Positions 29,872 to 40,900 of a DNA stretch of 64,000 nt are shown one piece after another. A model generated the notes under the pieces. It ran no database searches, was not told the DNA's origin, and saw nothing but the letters and a program-made list of their open reading frames with translations. The DNA comes from a virus (taxonomy: Duplodnaviria; Heunggongvirae; Uroviricota; Caudoviricetes): IMG/VR virus record IMGVR_UViG_3300024346_000020. The stretch is one strand, 5' to 3'. The position numbers were made by a program, and so were the translations under genes. Numbering within the stretch: position 1 is the first letter of the stretch; the number at the start of each line of letters is the position of its first letter.

Positions 29872-30288
29872 ATGGCAAACGCACATATACATTCAGTATC
29901 TTCCGCTCGTAGATTTGGTGGTCAACCAGAGGATTACTTAACAATTCACATAAAAATGGATTGTTCTAAAGCTTATTTATCAGATAATAGACATAGAGCT
30001 TTAACACACCACGGGTTTTGGATACACGAGGTGATGATACCTATATTCGGATACACAATCACAAACTCAGATGATAAAGTTGTATCTGTGAAAGATATAT
30101 GTGAACAACATATATTAGAAGACTTTGGAATGAGGTTTATTCCAACCGCACAAGATTATCTTGAAAATTTGGAATTCAAAGAATGGATGCAAAACGGATT
30201 AAAGGATAATCCATCTTCTGCGATAAAAATTACACAAAAAAATAAAATCGGACAAATACCTAGTCCAACTAATACAATTTTAGACTAA
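29872..30288 (+). CDS. hypothetical protein
   Basis: ORF; ATG immediately follows the upstream TAA. Confidence 0.4.
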   Translation: MANAHIHSVSSARRFGGQPEDYLTIHIKMDCSKAYLSDNRHRALTHHGFWIHEVMIPIFGYTITNSDDKVVSVKDICEQHILEDFGMRFIPTAQDYLENLEFKEWMQNGLKDNPSSAIKITQKNKIGQIPSPTNTILD

Positions 30289-31013
30289 TGATAGTAATAT
30301 GTAAGAAAGGTAGTACCCGATTAGTAAAGGGACTTAGATATGAAGTAGTTGCTATGAATAATAGTCCTGCTAGTAGCTACAATAGTGTACGAATTAAAGA
30401 CTTCGGTGCGTACTCTGTAAAAAACTTTACCACTATTGATGGTAAAGAACTACCAAAAATTGATATACCATTACCACAGAACTTTTATAGATCTAGACTA
30501 TTAAAACCAGAAGAGGTTACTAAAGGTGATGTAATTGTTTGTACCCGAGACACATATAAAACATTAGTACAAGATGGTATGTATCGAATTGAAGAAATTA
30601 CCGTTAAATCAACACCTAGAACTTCTTATAATGGTACTATACTAACACCAAATGTAGAACATTTCATTAAGCTTGAAGGTGTTAAAAGAAAATTAAAGTT
30701 CAATGGTTGGACTTTTAGAAAATTGACAACTGCAGAAGCACGTGAAATGGCATTAGGTCAGTTACTCTTTGATGAAGAAACTGGAATTATCACTACAAAT
30801 GATGTAAGAAAAATTGACTTAGTACAGAATAAAAATTTAGAACTAATTAGATTGGTATCAAAATCTATATTAGACCCTAATAGACATGGATTAAAAATAC
30901 TTGACTGGGGTATTCAACAAGTGTCAAAGAAAACAGAAGTAAAGGCGGATGATTATGAAGCACTTTTAAATATGTCTTTAAAAGATATATTAGAACTAAT
31001 CGAAACTAATTAA
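30288..31013 (+). CDS. hypothetical protein
   Basis: ORF; overlaps the upstream stop. Confidence 0.4.
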   Translation: MIVICKKGSTRLVKGLRYEVVAMNNSPASSYNSVRIKDFGAYSVKNFTTIDGKELPKIDIPLPQNFYRSRLLKPEEVTKGDVIVCTRDTYKTLVQDGMYRIEEITVKSTPRTSYNGTILTPNVEHFIKLEGVKRKLKFNGWTFRKLTTAEAREMALGQLLFDEETGIITTNDVRKIDLVQNKNLELIRLVSKSILDPNRHGLKILDWGIQQVSKKTEVKADDYEALLNMSLKDILELIETN

Positions 31014-31024
31014 GAATAAGTAAT

Positions 31025-31052
31025 ACAATTAAAAACAATTAAAACAATTAAA
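31025..31052 (+). promoter_or_regulatory. tandem ACAATTAAAA repeats (x3) immediately upstream of the flotillin-like gene start
   Basis: acaattaaaa acaattaaaa caattaaa, ending 2 nt before the ATG at 31055. Confidence 0.35.
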
Positions 31053-31054
31053 TT

Positions 31055-32953
31055 ATGGTAGATCAGATTTTGGGTTATTGGCCCGTACTTTTAACGCTCG
31101 TATGTATCGTTATGTACAAATTTATTTTTCGTGTATTTTTCGGACTAGTCATTGTTCCTGAGGACAAGGTTGGTTTGGTTACGAAAAAATTCGTTCTTTT
31201 TGGAGACAATAAAGAACTTAGTGGTGATAGAATCATCGCAGTAAACGGTGAAGCAGGTTTACAAGCTAAAATGCTTTCTCCTGGTTTACATTGGTGGATG
31301 TGGCCTTGGCAGTATTCTGTTGATATGCAAGCATTTATCGTTATTCCAGAGGGACATATTGGACTAGTTTCTTCTAAAGATGGTAGAGTTCCTAAAACTG
31401 GACGTATCTTAGCACGTAGAGTTGAGTGTGATAACTTCCAAGATGCAGTAGCTTTCCTTAATAACGAAGGACAAAAAGGACGTCAGTCTGCATATATTAC
31501 GAATGGTACTTATAAAATCAACACTCACTTATTTGAAGTGTCTGCCGTTAAACAAGTAAGTGTACAAGAGAATATGGTTGGTATTGTAACTACAATGGAT
31601 GGTGAACCACTTAACACTGGTCAAATTGCCGGAGAACCTGTAACAGGACACAATAACTTCCAAGATTTTGATACATTCTTATCTGAGGGTGGTAACAGAG
31701 GTTTGCAACAACAAGTAATCCTTGCGGGTTCTTATAACTTAAATCCTTGGGCTGTTCAAGTTGAAGAAGTACAAATGACTGAAATTCCTATTGGTAATGT
31801 TGGTGTTGTTATTTCTTATGTTGGTGCTGATGGTGTTGACTTAACTGGTGATAACTTCAAACACGGTAACTTAGTGTCAAAAGGACAAAAAGGTGTTTGG
31901 GCTGAGCCACTTGGACCCGGTAAGTATGCAATCAATAGATATACTAATCGTATTGAAGTTGTACCTACTACTAACTTAGTTCTTAACTGGGCTAATGCTA
32001 GAACAGAGTCTCACAACTTAGACAAAGGATTGAGTACGATTACAGTACGTTCTAAAGATGGTTTCCCATTTAACTTAGACGTTTCTCAAATCATTCACAT
32101 TCCAATGACAGAAGCACCAAAAGTAATCGCTCGTTTCGGTTCTATGTTAAATCTTGTATCACAAGTATTAGAGCCTACAATTGGTAACTACTTCCGTAAC
32201 TCTGCACAAGATTCAGACGTTATTGCGTTCTTATCTACTCGTCAAATTAGACAAGATGCTGCCAAAGCTTCTATCTCTGCTGTACTTGATGAATATAACG
32301 TTCACGCTGTAGATACATTGATTGGAGATATTACTCCACCAGAGTCTTTGATGAAAACTCTTACTGATCGTAAGATTGCAGAAGAGCAACAAGTGACTTA
32401 CGAGACACAGAAAAAAGCTCAAGTTCAAAGACAGACTCTTGAAAAAGAAACTGCAATTGCAGATATGCAAGGTGAATTAGTAAAAGCAGATCAAGGTGTT
32501 CAGATTTCTGAAAGATTGGCAGACTCAGCAGTTAAAGATGCAACTGGTAAAGCTCGTTCAGTAAAAATTGCAGCAGAAGCTAACGCAGAATCTACAACAT
32601 TGAATGCTAAAGCAGAAGCTACAAGAAAAACTCTTATTGGAGATGCTGAAGCGAATGCCATCTTAGCAGTGGGTAAGTCAACCGCTGAATCTTACAGATT
32701 AGCTGTTGACGCAATGGGTCAAGATAACTTCACGACTTATAAAGTAACAGAAGAAATCGGTAAAGGTAATGTGAAAATTATGCCAGACTTACTTATCAAT
32801 GGTGGTGGTCAAGGTGGAAATGGTTCATTAGATGGATTACTTGGAGTTCAAATCATGAATATGATGGGTAAAGGTTTCAAAAATCTTGAGACAACAGAAA
32901 TTCCTGCTGAAGTGGTAGTAACAACTACCGAAGATAAAAAAGGAAAAAAATAA
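31055..32953 (+). CDS. flotillin / YqiK-like SPFH-domain membrane protein
   Basis: N-terminal TM helix (WPVLLTLVCIVMYKFIFRVFFGLVIV), a central SPFH-like region, and a C-terminal Ala/Glu-rich flotillin repeat region (AEANAESTTLNAKAEATRKTLIGDAEANAILAVGKSTAES). Confidence 0.65.
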   Translation: MVDQILGYWPVLLTLVCIVMYKFIFRVFFGLVIVPEDKVGLVTKKFVLFGDNKELSGDRIIAVNGEAGLQAKMLSPGLHWWMWPWQYSVDMQAFIVIPEGHIGLVSSKDGRVPKTGRILARRVECDNFQDAVAFLNNEGQKGRQSAYITNGTYKINTHLFEVSAVKQVSVQENMVGIVTTMDGEPLNTGQIAGEPVTGHNNFQDFDTFLSEGGNRGLQQQVILAGSYNLNPWAVQVEEVQMTEIPIGNVGVVISYVGADGVDLTGDNFKHGNLVSKGQKGVWAEPLGPGKYAINRYTNRIEVVPTTNLVLNWANARTESHNLDKGLSTITVRSKDGFPFNLDVSQIIHIPMTEAPKVIARFGSMLNLVSQVLEPTIGNYFRNSAQDSDVIAFLSTRQIRQDAAKASISAVLDEYNVHAVDTLIGDITPPESLMKTLTDRKIAEEQQVTYETQKKAQVQRQTLEKETAIADMQGELVKADQGVQISERLADSAVKDATGKARSVKIAAEANAESTTLNAKAEATRKTLIGDAEANAILAVGKSTAESYRLAVDAMGQDNFTTYKVTEEIGKGNVKIMPDLLINGGGQGGNGSLDGLLGVQIMNMMGKGFKNLETTEIPAEVVVTTTEDKKGKK

Positions 32954-33018
32954 TACCAGAATAATCAGGAATACATACTCCATAATAAAAGATTATTTTT
33001 ATCCTTTTTTAAAAAATT

Positions 33019-33048
33019 ACACCCCTATTTTCTAATAGGGGTGTTTTT
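33019..33048 (+). terminator. rho-independent terminator after the flotillin-like gene
   Basis: ACACCCCTAttttctaaTAGGGGTGTttttt. Confidence 0.8.
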
Positions 33049-33074
33049 ATTTATAATTTTTAATATATACAATT

Positions 33075-33821
33075 ATGTACAACAAAATATATGACTTCTG
33101 TAAAGTAAGAAATGAAGGAACTATCTATGATAATAATTCACAGACTCCACCTCCAAGAGTTCAATTTCTAATGGAACTTTTAGAGTCAGAAGGTATTAAA
33201 TACGAATTAGATAAATTCTATACTGCTGAAGTAACAGGATATAATATTATCTTACAAGGTACATCAAACAGAATGGTTGTCGCACATCATGATGTAAGTA
33301 ATCCTAAAATAGATAATGCAAATGATAATAGTGCGTCAGTAATCAATTCTATAATGATTAAGAAGCTTTTGCCAACAATGAATGTAATTCTATTAGATGG
33401 TGAAGAAGTTGGGGGAGTGGGCTCTAATAGAGCTTCAGAACTAATCAATAATGGTAAATTTGGTGATATAGAATGGGTACTTAATTTAGAGTTAAGTGGT
33501 AAAGGTGGTAAACACTTTTTTATTGGAGATTATCCAGGTCCTTTAACAAATCATATTAAAACTCTTTTTGATTGTCCAATAGTTAAAACACCTTTTAATG
33601 ACTCAGTTACATTTAGAAGAAATGGAATTGATTCAGTAGTAATAAATCCTTTACCTCCTGTTTTGGAAGGTAAAACAAATGTCAAATGGAATGAAGATAC
33701 ATATTTAGATTACTCTATGTTATTTAATTGTCATTCATCAAAAGACACGATTGCAACAATTGATCCAACAGATATGAAAGAATTTGTTGAGGATGTTGTT
33801 TTAAAAATATTAACATATTAA
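33075..33821 (+). CDS. putative M28/M20-like zinc peptidase-fold protein
   Basis: MVVAHHDVSNPKIDNANDNSASV...LLDGEEVGGVGSN resembles the H-D...D...EE metal-ligand pattern of M28 aminopeptidases; weak. Confidence 0.3.
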   Translation: MYNKIYDFCKVRNEGTIYDNNSQTPPPRVQFLMELLESEGIKYELDKFYTAEVTGYNIILQGTSNRMVVAHHDVSNPKIDNANDNSASVINSIMIKKLLPTMNVILLDGEEVGGVGSNRASELINNGKFGDIEWVLNLELSGKGGKHFFIGDYPGPLTNHIKTLFDCPIVKTPFNDSVTFRRNGIDSVVINPLPPVLEGKTNVKWNEDTYLDYSMLFNCHSSKDTIATIDPTDMKEFVEDVVLKILTY

Positions 33822-35021
33822 ATGAGAAGTTTAACCAAGTATGATGAGTTCATAGTGGAGAAACTTATATTAGAACAACTTTTGTTAGAGTCTAACATAA
33901 TTTATTCTAGTAAGTTTAAAAAAGCACTTACAAAATTACCGGAGAATGAAATGGCTCAAAAACTATTAGAGATAGAAAATCAAGATTTAGATGTAGTTTC
34001 TAATTTCTTTGATATAAAAATTGATAATGATAATATATTGACATTTACTCCAGATAGAGTTGCACAACAAATACTCGAAGATACAAGAGAGTATGTAAAT
34101 TATGTTGGTCGTAGAGGTGGTTGGTTGACTAATAATGTTAGAACTAACGGAGCTATCTTTGCAAGACTTGGATTTACTCCTGCGACAGAAGAAGTATTTC
34201 ATCCAAATAATAATCTTATTGGTGAAGTAATTAGTGAGGTAACTTCTGAAAAAACTCATAAAACTTGGTGTTATGTTAAGTTTCCAACTGGTGAAGGTGT
34301 TTATAATAGAGAAAAGTTAAGAACTATTGTTGATGATAAACAAAAGATAGTATTTACTAAAAGTAGACAAGAAATAAGAATTGGTAGAGCAGTTAGACTT
34401 CTATTGACTGCTTACAACTTCAATCCAACCGCTGCGGCTATAGAAACATTTGTAAATGAGTTTAGAGCAGTCTTATCAATTATGAATGATGTATTCTCTC
34501 GATTTGAGATAGTAGAAGGTGATGATTTGGGATTCTGGTATCATAGAAGAAACTATGAGTTTCCACATAATGGTACATTAGGTGGTTCTTGTCAGGCAGT
34601 TGGAAATCTTGATTGGTTAGAAATCTATACTAGTAATCCACAAACAGTTAAACTACTTATGTTAAAGTCAGAAAACTTTGATAATAAAATTATTGGTAGG
34701 GCACTTCTTTGGACGTTAGATGATGGTAGACAAGTAATGGATAGTATTTATACAAGTAAAGATTCAGATAGAAATGTATTTATTGAGTACGGTAATGCAA
34801 AAGGATACTTACAAATGAATTATAGTGATACCTTTGTTGCACATATAAATCCTGGTGAATTTGATCAATATCCATCAGTTGATAATATGAATAATTGGGA
34901 TCCAACAACGGGTAAAATTAGTAATAAGTCTTTCCCAGGATCAAGAGGTATAATATGGAGTGAGAATGATGGAGATGAAGAGTGGGATGAAGAGTGGGAT
35001 GATGATCCAGATAATGACTGA
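33822..35021 (+). CDS. hypothetical protein; N-terminus MRSLTKYDEFIVE (capsid-targeting-like), C-terminus EWDEEWDEEWDDDPDND
   Basis: ORF; ATG directly after the upstream TAA; acidic W/D/E-rich tail. Confidence 0.5.
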   Translation: MRSLTKYDEFIVEKLILEQLLLESNIIYSSKFKKALTKLPENEMAQKLLEIENQDLDVVSNFFDIKIDNDNILTFTPDRVAQQILEDTREYVNYVGRRGGWLTNNVRTNGAIFARLGFTPATEEVFHPNNNLIGEVISEVTSEKTHKTWCYVKFPTGEGVYNREKLRTIVDDKQKIVFTKSRQEIRIGRAVRLLLTAYNFNPTAAAIETFVNEFRAVLSIMNDVFSRFEIVEGDDLGFWYHRRNYEFPHNGTLGGSCQAVGNLDWLEIYTSNPQTVKLLMLKSENFDNKIIGRALLWTLDDGRQVMDSIYTSKDSDRNVFIEYGNAKGYLQMNYSDTFVAHINPGEFDQYPSVDNMNNWDPTTGKISNKSFPGSRGIIWSENDGDEEWDEEWDDDPDND

Positions 35022-35040
35022 TAAAAATAATATATACTAA

Positions 35041-35217
35041 GTGAAATATTTAAAACTTTTTGAAGCATTTGTAGCAGACATGCCACAAGTAGAATTATCG
35101 GATAAAACAATTGATGATGTTCTTAATCCTGATTTCTTTGAAGAAGATATTGAGGATGAAGGTTCTACAATAGATTCAAATGGTGTTATACATATAAAAA
35201 ATTGGAACACATACTAA
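35041..35217 (+). CDS. small hypothetical protein (58 aa, GTG start) with a capsid-targeting-like N-terminus (V/M)KYLKLFEAF
   Basis: GTG at 35041 to TAA at 35215-35217 is an open frame; the motif is shared with five or six other ORFs; not in the ORF track (non-ATG start, under 60 aa). Confidence 0.3.
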   Translation: MKYLKLFEAFVADMPQVELSDKTIDDVLNPDFFEEDIEDEGSTIDSNGVIHIKNWNTY

Positions 35218-35222
35218 GAGAA

Positions 35223-35250
35223 AAAGCTATCAAAATGATAGCTTTTTTTA
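35223..35250 (+). terminator. rho-independent terminator (perfect 10-bp stem)
   Basis: AAAGCTATCAaaaTGATAGCTTTttttatttt. Confidence 0.75.
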
Positions 35251-35253
35251 TTT

Positions 35254-35664
35254 TTATACTTCTACAACCCATGTGTCAGTTTTAAAATCATCCTTTGTCA
35301 TTACTGTTATTACAGTTAGTGTAAATTCATTTGCACCAGGTGTTAGTACACAAACTATATTTAGTTTTGTTCTCTTATCTCTAATAACAAATCTATTTGG
35401 ATTACCATACTCATCCATAATATCAAATTGATCTTGCATTAAAGCAATTGTTATTTCCTCAATTGCAGATTCTACCAATCCTCTAATATCATCATCATCA
35501 ATCTTACCTGTATCTTTATTAAAACCATGTCTATATTGTTGAATAGCTGCATGTTCTACCTTTTCAAGATCAATTCTAATCTCAACTCTTTTTTGAATCG
35601 GACCTAAATCTGTTACTCTTGGTCTAAAACCACCTCTAAAGTTTTCAAAATTTTTAATTACCAT
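35254..35664 (-). CDS. hypothetical protein
   Basis: ORF only. Confidence 0.4.
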   Translation of the reverse strand: MVIKNFENFRGGFRPRVTDLGPIQKRVEIRIDLEKVEHAAIQQYRHGFNKDTGKIDDDDIRGLVESAIEEITIALMQDQFDIMDEYGNPNRFVIRDKRTKLNIVCVLTPGANEFTLTVITVMTKDDFKTDTWVVEV

Positions 35665-35700
35665 CTTAATAAATTATTTTTATTAAACTATATATTAAAT

Positions 35701-35736
35701 AAAAAACCCTAGATTTCTCTAGGGTTCATTTTTTTA
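35701..35736 (-). terminator. rho-independent terminator downstream of the S1-domain gene (hairpin flanked by A/T runs on both sides)
   Basis: aaaaAACCCTAGatttctCTAGGGTTcattttttt. Confidence 0.7.
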
Positions 35737-35754
35737 AAATCGGTCGTTTTTATT

Positions 35755-36843
35755 TTATCCTATAGTAAGAAAAATCTTACGACTTTGTCTATCTACTGAT
35801 AAAACTTTTACTTTGATGTCTTGTCCAGATACAAACTTTTTACCTAGTTTCTCCATTTCTGAAGTGTGAATTAGTCCAACTGTTTCAGAATCTAAGATTA
35901 CCAAAGTTCCAAATTGTTTCACATCTTTCACTCGACCATCAATAACTTGACCATTTTTGATGTTATCCCAAAGTGTTTCTCTTAGAACTTGAGTAAGAAT
36001 AATCTTCTCTTTGATGATTTCTTTTACATAGAATTCAATCTCTTGTCCTGGTTTAATTTCGGAGATTCTGTTTTGCCAATCTTCTGTAACATTAGCTTTG
36101 TGTATCATACCAGTTAAGCACTCATTGAACTCAACAAAGATACCGAATGGTGTTGTTCCAGTTACTCTACCACCATATAAGGTGTTAAACTCAAGATTAC
36201 CAATTTCTTGAGGAATCAATGTTTGTAGATACTTTCTACGACTTACGATATAGGTTCCTTCATGTTCTGAGAAAGACTCAATCATTACTTGGAACGTATC
36301 ACCAACGATTGAAGTTGGATCATAAAGTTTGTTGATACCGGCTAAGGTATTTGGCATAAATCCAGGAAGAGTTACTCCTCCATTTGTGATTTCAACATCG
36401 TAACCAGCTGGGTTAAGTGATCTTACATAAGCAGTTACTGATTCTCCTTCCTCTAAAGATTTAAGGTTTTCGTGAGCTCTTGACTCATATAGTGAAGCAA
36501 TGCTTCCTTTGATGAAATATTGACCTTGATTTATCTCGGTAATTAAAACATCAACCTCATCTCCAGTGTTGCAATTTTTAAGGTACTTAGCCTCGTTTGG
36601 TTTGTCTTCAACTCTGACATCATCTTTGAATCCGTCAACACTGAATACAAACTGATTAGCCATAATACCTCGGTAGTTTGATCTAACTACATTACCTACT
36701 TGTGGTATTTCTAATTTAATAGAGTTATAAAGAGAATCTAAGTCTTTATCACTCATATTCTTACCCTTTCTGTAACTTTTTTCTTCAAATAAAAGCTCAA
36801 AGTCTGGGTTTCCTACTTCTGGGTTTAAAATTTCGTTTGTCAT
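35755..36843 (-). CDS. S1 RNA-binding-domain repeat protein (truncated ribosomal protein S1-like, about 4 S1 domains)
   Basis: Repeated S1 OB-fold signatures (GQVIDGRVKDVKQFGTLVILDSETVGLIHTSEM, GRVTGTTPFGIFVEFNECLTGMIHKANV, GDTFQVMIESFSEHEGTYIVSRR). 362 aa. Confidence 0.65.
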   Translation of the reverse strand: MTNEILNPEVGNPDFELLFEEKSYRKGKNMSDKDLDSLYNSIKLEIPQVGNVVRSNYRGIMANQFVFSVDGFKDDVRVEDKPNEAKYLKNCNTGDEVDVLITEINQGQYFIKGSIASLYESRAHENLKSLEEGESVTAYVRSLNPAGYDVEITNGGVTLPGFMPNTLAGINKLYDPTSIVGDTFQVMIESFSEHEGTYIVSRRKYLQTLIPQEIGNLEFNTLYGGRVTGTTPFGIFVEFNECLTGMIHKANVTEDWQNRISEIKPGQEIEFYVKEIIKEKIILTQVLRETLWDNIKNGQVIDGRVKDVKQFGTLVILDSETVGLIHTSEMEKLGKKFVSGQDIKVKVLSVDRQSRKIFLTIG

Positions 36844-36894
36844 AATTTTTTTTTAGTGTTTAAGTTTTAGTGTGAATTATTAAAAAGTTTTAAA

Positions 36895-37260
36895 TTATTT
36901 AATTCTTTTTATAGATTTCTTTAGCATATAGTCTCTAAGCTTTGCAGCTTCTTCAAACTTTTCATTTTTAATAAGCTCATCCATTTTATCATTTACTTCT
37001 TTAGTAACTTCTTCTAAAGTTTTATTACCTATTTTTACAGGATCTAAAATAGAATTATAAAAGTCATCCATCTCTGAAATACTACTTAGATAAACATCCT
37101 GAGCTTTAGGATTATTTAGTTTAGCACTCTTTATTATTTTATTTAAGAATGGTTTATTTAGAGCGGAGTTTTCGATCAGGTATTTTGCTAGATGATAAGG
37201 TCTATTCTTAAACATCTTTAAAAAGTTTGCTAAAATTTCATTTAATTCCTCGTTATTCAT
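36895..37260 (-). CDS. small protein with a C-terminal UVR (UvrB/UvrC-like) motif
   Basis: FEEAAKLRDYMLKK matches the UVR helix motif FE.AA.LRD. Confidence 0.35.
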   Translation of the reverse strand: MNNEELNEILANFLKMFKNRPYHLAKYLIENSALNKPFLNKIIKSAKLNNPKAQDVYLSSISEMDDFYNSILDPVKIGNKTLEEVTKEVNDKMDELIKNEKFEEAAKLRDYMLKKSIKRIK

Positions 37261-37292
37261 ACTACATATTATAAGTAATTAAATGATAAGGT

Positions 37293-37991
37293 TTATATTT
37301 TCTCAAATAAAATATTGAAGTAATAATCAAATTTATAAGAAGAACTTGGTTTTTCTTGATTAAACATTATTTTAATTGAAGATTGGTCAAACTCTGTCTC
37401 ACTTTGAATCTTAACTACTTTATACGTAGGATCTATTATGTTTGTTGACCAACTATTGTTATACCTAAGTAAGTTTTGATTTCTTAAATCTTGGTATCTT
37501 ATATAAAGTTCTACACCTTTATACTTATATCTATCTAAAATATTTGAACGTATATAACTTGTTACTGCAACATTTACATCATTAAACATTGTCATATCAT
37601 TTCTAACACCTTCAAAAGATCTATACTTTTTAAGTGTTGCAAATAAGTAATTAGTAAGTATTGTTTTTAGATCAATGGTTAGTATCCATCTAGTATTAGA
37701 ATCTAGTTGAAATTTTGGTTGTGTCGCATCAATAACTAAAGTATGATTTTTAAACTTATCACCAGTGTTACTACCTGGTGAATAAATATATGAATCTAAT
37801 GATGTTTCGGTCGAACTATCTAATTGTTCTCCACTTGTTCTTTGATAATAAATAATATCTTGATTATCGATACTTATAGTATCTTCTACCTCAAGCATTT
37901 TTGCCCCAAAGAAGGTACTTTCTTCAACCATGTTTAATGTTCCATAAACAGCTCTATTTTGATATTCTGGTGATATATAGCTTCTTCTCAT
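37293..37991 (-). CDS. virion structural protein (first gene of a four-gene minus-strand structural block)
   Basis: ORF; its stop is 1 nt from the start of the next giant gene. Confidence 0.4.
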   Translation of the reverse strand: MRRSYISPEYQNRAVYGTLNMVEESTFFGAKMLEVEDTISIDNQDIIYYQRTSGEQLDSSTETSLDSYIYSPGSNTGDKFKNHTLVIDATQPKFQLDSNTRWILTIDLKTILTNYLFATLKKYRSFEGVRNDMTMFNDVNVAVTSYIRSNILDRYKYKGVELYIRYQDLRNQNLLRYNNSWSTNIIDPTYKVVKIQSETEFDQSSIKIMFNQEKPSSSYKFDYYFNILFEKI

Positions 37992-37992
37992 T

Positions 37993-40900
37993 TTAATTAT
38001 CTTGTGTTTTTCCTATATAAGATGGTATTACAATTGGAGTTACTATATCAAATGTGTTTATTACATTTTCATCAAAAGTATATTTTTGTAAATAATCTTT
38101 ATTTTTACTAACTGAAGTAGTTTCTAAATAATACTTTAAATCCCAGGTTGATGAAAATATAAAAAAATCATAGATAGAATATCCGAATTCATCTAACATA
38201 GGATATATTGATTTTTCGTCATTTACATTACCCAATCTTAATATGTTTCCTTTTCTATTTACTTTTCTAATTTTTCTTTCTTTCATTAAACCGAAATCGT
38301 TTAATAAAGTATCAAATTTATAATTACCACCAGATGGTATTCCGTTAGAATCTCTTTCAAATAGTTGAACATCATAGAATACAGGACTGTAATATCCACT
38401 ATATCTATGAATTTCATTTTTTATAATATTTGTACCACCATGATAGTTTTCTAACACTTTAGGTGGAAATTGATTTTCGATAATATTTGCGGCAACTGGA
38501 ATATTATTATAATAATTTAGTTGAGTTATATCTACTATTCTTCCAGAGTCCAACTTTCTAATTGGATTTAGTGTATTTGGAAGTTCAACAGCTCTTTTAA
38601 ATAATGAATTTACTTTAATATCTAATTTATCAGGTTCTTCACATTGTAATAAATATGTTAAGTCTTTAATATTACCACCATCAATATCTGAATAACTATA
38701 TCTTCTAATATTATTATTTTCATCAATAACAACATATGATAGGTAGTTACTAAATCCATATTTATTACTAATATCATTGATAGCATTTATAAAATTACCT
38801 GCCGTTAGTTTTTGGTTTATATCATTATATAAACTATCCCTATTTGAGTTAGATATATTTGGTGTTGTTCCATCACTTATATTTATATTTACTAAAATAT
38901 TTTTCCACTTTTTATTTATATAAATAATAATACCATTATTAAGATCAGATACAGTAGATTTACCACCACCTACTAAGATATTATATTTATTATTCAATTT
39001 TATTATTGAATTTGTTCCACTTATTGTATTAAATGACTTTGAATCATTTCGAAACCAGTAATCTTTCGATTTAACTGGTTCAGTACCAACTGGGGGTTGT
39101 TCTGTAGATAATGATATATTTTCTGAATTTGATGTATAAAGTTTATATACACTTTCATTATAAACAACATTATCATTCCAATAATACTGTTTTGTTGGGT
39201 TCCATGATTCTATTATTTTCCATTTTGATGATGTGACTACAGAAGATGCCGTCCAAGTATTCATTGTTGGTTTAAAGTAATTATTATCTTTTAGTGATGT
39301 ATAGTAATTATTCTTATAAATAACTGTATCTTGCGTCATATAACCAGTTGAAATAGATTTTCTTGGATTCCAAAAGTCAATAACATTAGATTGTGATGCA
39401 CAAAAGTAATATTCACCAGAATTATATACAATTGATGGTTTATTAGGTTCTTGAGGTTTATAACCAAGTGGTAAAATAACTCCGTCATCTGCAGCAGTTG
39501 GTCCCACTAATGATGTATAACTATTATAGGTAGGTGACCAAAAAACAGAATACTCGTTACTAATATAATTACTCCAACCCTGTGTATATGGTGCAGAAGG
39601 TATTGTAACTCCATATGTTGCAAATATTGGATTATTAGTAGTAATTGAGTTACCATACTTAGCATATAAAATATCATCATGTAAAACTTTTGATGCATTA
39701 GCAAAACTCGTACCACCACCACTATATCTTTTATCCATCTTCCATTCATCAATAACAGACCATACAAGATTATTAGTTGAATCTATAAGTCCTGTTATTT
39801 TACTGCTATCTACAGTATCAAATATTGGTGAACTATTATTATCAGATAATAAAACCGAGAATTTATAATCATCAAATGAATTAGATGACTTTATATTGAT
39901 TTTATCAATTTTATTATTTGTATTGAGTGTAATACTACTAACCTCATAAATATCAAATTTTATACCTCTAAACAAAGTATGATTTGGTACAGACTCATCA
40001 CCTACATTAAAATAAGAATACTTATTAGAATTTTCTTTAATTTTACCATTAAAAAATTTATTAGATTTACTAAATAAATATGTAAAATAATCATATGGAT
40101 ATGGAGATGTTGATTGTGTTGTTGATGAAACACTATCGAAATATGAATAAGTAAAGTTTAAATACTTATTTAACTCAAACTTAAATTTAGTATCTATATT
40201 GTTATTGTTATCTACATTTTCTATATGTAAACTATGATAAACATATGATGATGTTGCCGAGTTTATTGTATAGAAGTAATCTAGATTTCTTTCAGATCTT
40301 GTAGGATATGGCTCATAAACATTAGTAGTTCTATTAAAATCATCAAAGATTAAAGAGTTATTTAATGAGTATGGTAAATCATTTACAGAAAGTGATTTAT
40401 GAAATCCCCATTTACAATAAACTGGATTTTTCCTCCATATCTCAGATAAATCATTACCATCTATTTTGAATGTCTCATAGTTAGCGGTATATTCAGAAGA
40501 GGTTGGTATATTAACGATTTTATTTTGATAACTAAAGTCATCTAGATTTACAGGATCAGTCAAGCTTCTTATATCTTCTAAATACATTTTTGTCTCATCT
40601 GTATTAGTAATATTTGTAGATTCTTCATATTCATATTTAGAATAACCAGTATCAACGATTCTTGTATCAAAATCTTTTATATCACAAAAATTAAGCTTAT
40701 AAATTGAAAACTTTTTAGGTGCATTATTAAAATCAACTACGGTGCTAACTTTTTTTGATTCTCCACGAACTTTATATATGAAATCATTTTGGTTAAAAAT
40801 AAAAGAGTAGTCTGTATTAAGCATTATATAATTATCTATATTAACTAAGTTATGGTATAAACCATCAATTTCAATTATCCAGACATCTGCACTGTCAAAT

